Assembly: GCA_963727485.1 (NCBI GenBank)
Contig: CAVSGM010000011.1
Coordinates: 288,001 to 352,000 of the forward strand
Direction: 5' to 3'
Source of the DNA: an uncultured delta proteobacterium
Lineage (GTDB): Bacteria; Myxococcota; Myxococcia; SLRQ01
Length of the DNA stretch: 64,000 bases
A model generated the notes under the pieces. It did no database searches and was not told the DNA's origin. It was given only the letters and a program-made list of their open reading frames with translations. Made by a program: the position numbers and the translations under genes. This document shows, piece by piece, positions 57,324 to 64,000 of this stretch. Positions within the stretch are counted from its first letter, which is position 1. Every line of letters starts with the position of its first letter.

Positions 57324-58555
57324 GTGGCGACTGCAACTGCAAAGAAGCTCCCCATCTGGGTCTGGGAGGCCAAGACCCGGGCCGGTGAGGTCAAGAAGGG
57401 CGAGATGGAGGCCAGCGACAAGTCCTCCGTCGAGGCCCGGCTTCGCCAGATGGGGATGAACCCGGCGAAGATCAAGAAGAAGCCCGTCGAGATCAACATC
57501 CGCCTCCCCGGGAGCACCGGGGTGAAGCGCAAGGATCTCGTGGTCTTCACCCGGCAGTTCGCCACCATGATCGACGCCGGCCTGCCCCTGGTGCAGTGCC
57601 TGGAGATCCTGGGGACCCAGAGCCCGAACCCGGTGTTCCGGGGCATCATCAAGTCGGTGAAGGAGAAGGTCGAGTCGGGGGCCACCCTCGCCGACGGGCT
57701 CGCCGAGCACCCCAAGGTCTTCGACGAGCTCTACTGCGAGCTGGTCCGGGCCGGCGAGGTCGGCGGCATCCTCGATACCATCCTCAACCGGTTGGCGGCC
57801 TACATCGAGAACGCCGACAAGCTGGTCCGCAAGGTGAAGGGCGCCCTGACCTACCCGGTCATCGTCCTCCTGGTGGCCATCGGCGTCACCGCCCTCCTGC
57901 TGATCAAGGTCGTGCCGGTCTTCGAGAAGATGTTCAAGGACTTCGGGAGCGCCCTGCCGGGCCCCGACCCAGATGATCGTGAACATGTCCCACTTCGCCC
58001 GGGACAACTTCTGGTACGCGACCGCCCTCATCGTGGTGGTGGTGGTGGCGTTCAAGCTCATCACCGCCAACCCCAAGGGCCGCTACTACTGGGACCTCAT
58101 CAAGCTCAAGGCCCCGATGTTCGGCGATCTCATCCAGAAGACGGCGGTCGCCCGGTTCACCCGGACGCTCGGCACCATGATTCTCCTCGGGCGTCGCCAT
58201 CCTCGACGCCCTCGACGTCTGTGCCAAGTCCGCCGGCAACAAGCTGGTGGAGGAGGCCATCGGGAAGGTTCGAACTGGGATCAGCGAGGGCAAGACCATC
58301 GTCCAGCCCCTCTCCCAGGAGAAGGTCTTCCCCCAGATGGTGGTCCAGATGATTGGCGTCGGCGAGGCCACCGGCGCCATGGACCAGATGCTCCAGAAGA
58401 TCGCCGACTTCTACGACGACGAGGTCGACCAGTCGGTCGGCTCCCTCACCGCGATGATCGAGCCGCTGATGATGGTCTTCCTCGGCTTCGTGGTCGGCGG
58501 CTTCCTCATCGGCATGTACCTGCCGATCTTCACCCTGGCAGGCGCCGTCAAGTAG
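57324..58555 (+). CDS. pilC: Type IV pilus platform protein; frameshifts near 57960 and 58180
   Basis: FTRQFATMIDAGLPL, GEVGG.LD.IL.RLA, GE.TG.MDQML.KIADFY, IEP, MYLPIF. Confidence 0.93.
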
Positions 58556-58586
58556 GCACAGCGCCGGCTGCGCCCGGCCGTCCCCC

Positions 58587-60238
58587 ATGGCCGAACCGTC
58601 CCGGGAGCAGGCGGATCTCTACCGCAAGCTCGTCTGGGTCACCTTCTTCCGGGTGGCGATCATCACCGTCCTCCTCGGGGCGACGGCGGTGCTCACCTTC
58701 ACCGAGCGTGACTCCCTCACCAGCCCGGTCCAGGACCTGCTCTACCGGCTGACGGTCTTCGTCTACCTGGCGTCGCTGGCCTACCTGCTGGTCCTCCGGG
58801 TGGGGCGGCCCCGGCACTACCCGGCGCTGGCCTACGTCCAGGTCTTCGGCGACGTGGCCCTGGCGACCTTCCTGGTCTGGGTCACCGGCGGCGCCGACAG
58901 CATCTTCTCGTTCCTCTACAGCCTCGCCGTCATCAACGCCGCCATCCTCGTCTACCGCCGGGGGGCCGCCATCGCCGCCGCCATGTCCGCGATGGCGTAC
59001 GTGGGGCTCACGGTCGGCCTGAACGCGCGGTGGCTGCCCCCGGCGGCCCCTTACCTGGGCCAGCCCCACCTGACCACCGCCAGGCTGGTGTTCAACACCA
59101 CGATCATCGGCGGGGCCTTCTTCCTGGTCGCCGCCCTCGCCAGCTACCTGACCGAGCAGGTTCGTCAGACCGGCGCCCGGCTCTCGGTGGCCGAGGAGGA
59201 CTTCGCGGCCCTCGCCGTCCTCCACGAGCGCATCGTCCAGTCCGTCGCCTCGGGCATCCTCACCGTCGACGGCGCCGAGCGGGTCACCTTCGTGAACCGG
59301 ACGGGCGAGGAGCTCCTGGGCCGGTCCCTGCGGTCCCTGCGGCACCAGGGGCTCCCGGAGGTGTTTCCCGAGCTTGGGGCCGCCCTCGGCGCGGAAGAAT
59401 CCTCCGGCTCACACCGGGGCGAGGTGGCCTTCACCCGGGACGGCGAGCGCCGGACCCTGGGCTTCACCGTCTCCCCACTCTCGGCGCCGGACGGAGACGC
59501 CCGGGGCCGGGTGGTGGTGTTCCAGGACCTCACCGGTCTGCGCCGGATGGAGCTGCTGGTCCAGCGCAACGAGCGCCTGGCGGCGGTGGGCTCCCTGGCC
59601 GCGGGCCTCGCCCACGAGCTGCGCAACCCCCTGGCCTCGGTGAGTGGTTCGGTGGATCTCCTGCGCCAGAGCCTCCCCGACGGAGCCACCGAGCGCCAGC
59701 TCATGGCCATCGTCCTTCGGGAGACCGATCGCCTGGACGGACTCATCACCGACTTCCTCTCCTTCGCCCACCCCACGCCCCCGAGCTTCGCCGAGGTCCC
59801 CGTCGCCAGGCTCCTCGGCGAGACGATGGAGATCTTCCGCCACGATCCGTCGGTGGCGAAGGCCGTGCTCGAGGTGGACGTGCCCGACGAGCTGCGCGCC
59901 TGGTGCGACGAGGGGCAGGTGCGCCAGGTCATCCTCAATCTCCTGATCAACGCGGTGCAGGCCACCGGCGGTGAGGGCCACATCCAGGTGCTCGCTCGAG
60001 CCGAGGATCCCCACACCCTGATCTCGGTGGCCGACGACGGACCGGGGATCGACCCCGAGCTCGCCGCGCAGATCTTCGACCCCTTCTTCACCACCAAGGA
60101 GCGGGGCACCGGCCTCGGCCTGGCCCTGGTCCACCGCATCATCGAGGCCCACGGGGGCCGGGTGGAGGTGGAGAGCAGCCCGGGTCGCGGCAGCCGGTTC
60201 CAGGTGCGCCTGGTGGCCCGGCCCCCGTCCGGCGCGGT

Positions 60239-60242
<4 letters not shown>
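58587..60242 (+). CDS. pilS: Sensor histidine kinase PilS
   Basis: Multiple TMs, PAS, AHELRNPL, NLLINA, DDGPG, FFTTK..GTGLGL; position after pilC. Confidence 0.88.
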
Positions 60243-61615
<1,373 letters not shown>

Positions 61616-61642
61616 CGGCCCCCGGGCCCACCCAATCGGCGA

Positions 61643-63485
61643 TCAGGGCTGGGGGTCCGGGACGATCTGAACCGTGACCGTGCCCTGGGCCGTCGCCGAT
61701 CCGCTCTGGCCAGCCGAGATTCTGGCTGACGCTGGTCGCGGCATCGAGGTGCACGAGGATGCTTCCCGGAGGGGCCTGGTTGCCCGGGGCGTAGCCCGTG
61801 CCCGGGAGGCTGCTGGTGGCGGAGCCGTCGGGCGTGCCGCTGGGCCAGAGGTTGATACCCCCGGCGCTGCCGCTGAGGTGGGCGCTCGCCTGGCCCGAGG
61901 TGCTGGGGGTGCCGCCGGTCCAGGTCACCTTGACCAGCGAGGGGCCGCGCATGTGGTCGACGTCGATGGAGAAGTCCGCCCCCGAGCCGCCCTGGCCAAG
62001 GCTGGAGTAGGCGTAGACCGACTCGGTGAGGTTGTTCACCGTCGCCGAGCTCTGGAGGCTCAGGCTCAAGCTGACGGTGTTGTTCCCCGACCCCACGTTC
62101 ACCGAGAGAGACGAGCTGGCAGTGGCCCTCGGCGCGGAGGCCGAGGCGGAGACCTGCTGGGAGGTCCCCACGGTGGAGGCGGAGGGCGGCTCCACGTCGT
62201 CGTTGCTGGTGGCCGTCGCGCCGGTGCCGGGGTTGTTGACCGCGTGAGCGGCCAGGCTCTGGGCGGGCAGCTCGAAGCCGGTGACCACCGGAGGCACACA
62301 GGTGGCGGCGTCGGCCTTCACGTCAGCGGCCGACGGAGAGGTGATGCCCAGCGAGGGCAGCGCCTGCATCAGGTCGTCGAGCTTCTGGGTGCCCGCGTCG
62401 TAGCGGGCCGCGTCGCAGTCCTGGTCGGCCAGGGTGTGGATGTCGTCGATGAGGGTGGCGGCGAGGCTGCTGGGATCGATCACGCTCCCACCCTGGAGCA
62501 CCGCGGGGAAGGCGGCGGCGATGGCCTCCGCCGCGTGGAGGGGCGGAACCAGGGCCAGGAAGTCACTGTAGATCCGCGCCTGCTGGAGCTGGAGTTGGAG
62601 CAGGCGCATCAGGGTGGCGAAGATCCGGGTCCCGGCGGTGCTCACGGCGGCGCCCTCGGAGGGGTGGCCAGCGGCGCTGATCATCTGGCCGAGGACCAGG
62701 GCCCCCAGGGCATCGGAGGCGGTGGGGTTGGTGTTGCTGGTGGCGGCGTCGTTGAAGTCGGAGATCGCCTGCTGAAGCGACTGCCTCAAGCGGGTCGACA
62801 CGGCGGTGAGGCCCAGGGCGTCGGCCCGCACCCAGAGCCGCACCAGGGCCTCGACCTGGAGGCGCGTCGGGGGGATGGCCAGGTTGGCCTCGAGGTCGGT
62901 GGCGGCCCGGGTCACCAGGTTCGCGCTGATCGGCGCCACCACGTAGGTGCTGAAGTGGTGGAGGGGGACGGTGAAGCTGCTGCCGGTCCGGCCATCGGCC
63001 TCGGGGACGAAGAGGTCCGTGGTCGGGTCCACCTGGGTCACCGTGGCGGAGACGTCGGCCGCGGCGCCGGTCTTCACCTCCAGGGTGACCGGCTGGAGGA
63101 AGAGCGTGCCCTCGGGCCCGAGCTGCGCCCCCACCTGCCAGGGCGCCGAGGCGCCATCGACGGTGACGCCGGTCAAGGGCGTCAGGGTGATGTCGGTCGC
63201 CGTGTAGAGGGCGCCCGCCGGGACGGTGAGGGTGTAGGTCGTGCCGCCGGGACCGGTGGCGGTGAGGGTGCCACCGGTGGCGTCGACGGTCGCGGTCTGG
63301 GCGTCGGCGGTGTCGACGGTGAAGGCGGTGACCACCGGACCGGTCTTGCCGGTCTGGGTGCCTCCGTCGGAACCCGAGGTGCTCCCGCCGTCGGTCCCCC
63401 CGCCGGTCTGGGGCGGCGCCGCGCTGCAGCCGGCGACCAGGAGCACGCAGAACAAGATGAGTGAGCGAAGCGAGGTCCTGACCAT
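61643..63485 (-). CDS. Large Ser/Thr-rich putative lipoprotein; probable frameshift near 61712
   Basis: GGAGG RBS, VAGC lipobox, GGTL....LTVPAGAL...PEG..F..PV.L and LHHFSTY (ZU5/GAIN-like pattern); shifting frame gives a clean end at 61643 rather than an overlap with pilR. Confidence 0.7.
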
Positions 63486-63624
63486 GGCTCTTCCTCCCGG
63501 CAGATGGCCGACGCGATGGATCGGCTCGTGAGAGTAGGTCAGACGAAAGACGCCGACAACGCTACGCGTGCCGGCGCCTCGTGCCTGTGCGGTGGATCAC
63601 AGGCCTGCGATTGCTCGGAGGGTG

Positions 63625-64000
63625 TCAGGAGTTGGGCGCGATGGTGAACTTGCCGCTGCTCACCTCGATGACCCCTGGCAGTCTCCCCATCCGCTGCGCC
63701 ACCAGGCTGAAGGTGCCGGTGAGCTTGCCGGGCTCGGTCTCGGTGATGTGCGCCGAGCCCTTGGTCATCGCGTAGCGGACGCCCTGCACCTCGATCAGGG
63801 CCGAGCCCAGGCGCCAGGTTCCCACGTGACCCAGGAGGATGAGGGTGATGCTGGTCTCGCCGGTGTTCGACTGCACGTAGACGCGGTACTGCTCCATCCC
63901 CCGGTCCAGGACCAGCTTGCCGAGGTGCGTGGTGCGGCTCTCCTCGATACTTAGGAGGCGGCCGTCCACGTTGGCGCTGACCTGGCCCTTCCCGTTGCTC
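63625..64000 (-). CDS. Hypothetical beta-rich protein, 5' end outside the window
   Basis: Frame stays open to the window edge; ends GKLTGTFSLVA...VSSGKF. Confidence 0.55.
   Translation of the reverse strand, partial: SNGKGQVSANVDGRLLSIEESRTTHLGKLVLDRGMEQYRVYVQSNTGETSITLILLGHVGTWRLGSALIEVQGVRYAMTKGSAHITETEPGKLTGTFSLVAQRMGRLPGVIEVSSGKFTIAPNS

Overview
A very GC-rich chromosomal segment that looks like Myxococcota or a related deltaproteobacterium (MYXO-CTERM protein, pilBTCSR cluster). It is mostly core genes: a his operon with a HisF-HisI fusion, rpsU-dnaG-rpoD, a CAT-anticodon tRNA (probably Ile2), zinc-ribbon protein-rnhA facing rnpB, CIRCE-controlled groESL, rpoZ, a Gld-like ABC system, aspartokinase, a sigma54 regulator, a ZIP transporter, a moxR-DUF58-bat operon, gdh, greB, pdxH, a large S8/FG-GAP/MYXO-CTERM protein, ribF-aroE and pilB-pilT-pilC-pilS-pilR. 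About nine single-base frameshifts in otherwise intact genes are most likely long-read assembly errors. I found no integrase, transposase or CRISPR array. The most unusual non-coding signals are (1) three near-identical, highly structured 110-bp units at the tRNA 3' end, each carrying a copy of the last ~19 nt of the tRNA, with CCA encoded only on the farthest copy, and (2) a ~125-nt structured RNA bracketed by a sigma70-like promoter and an intrinsic terminator just upstream of the zinc-ribbon/RNase H genes.
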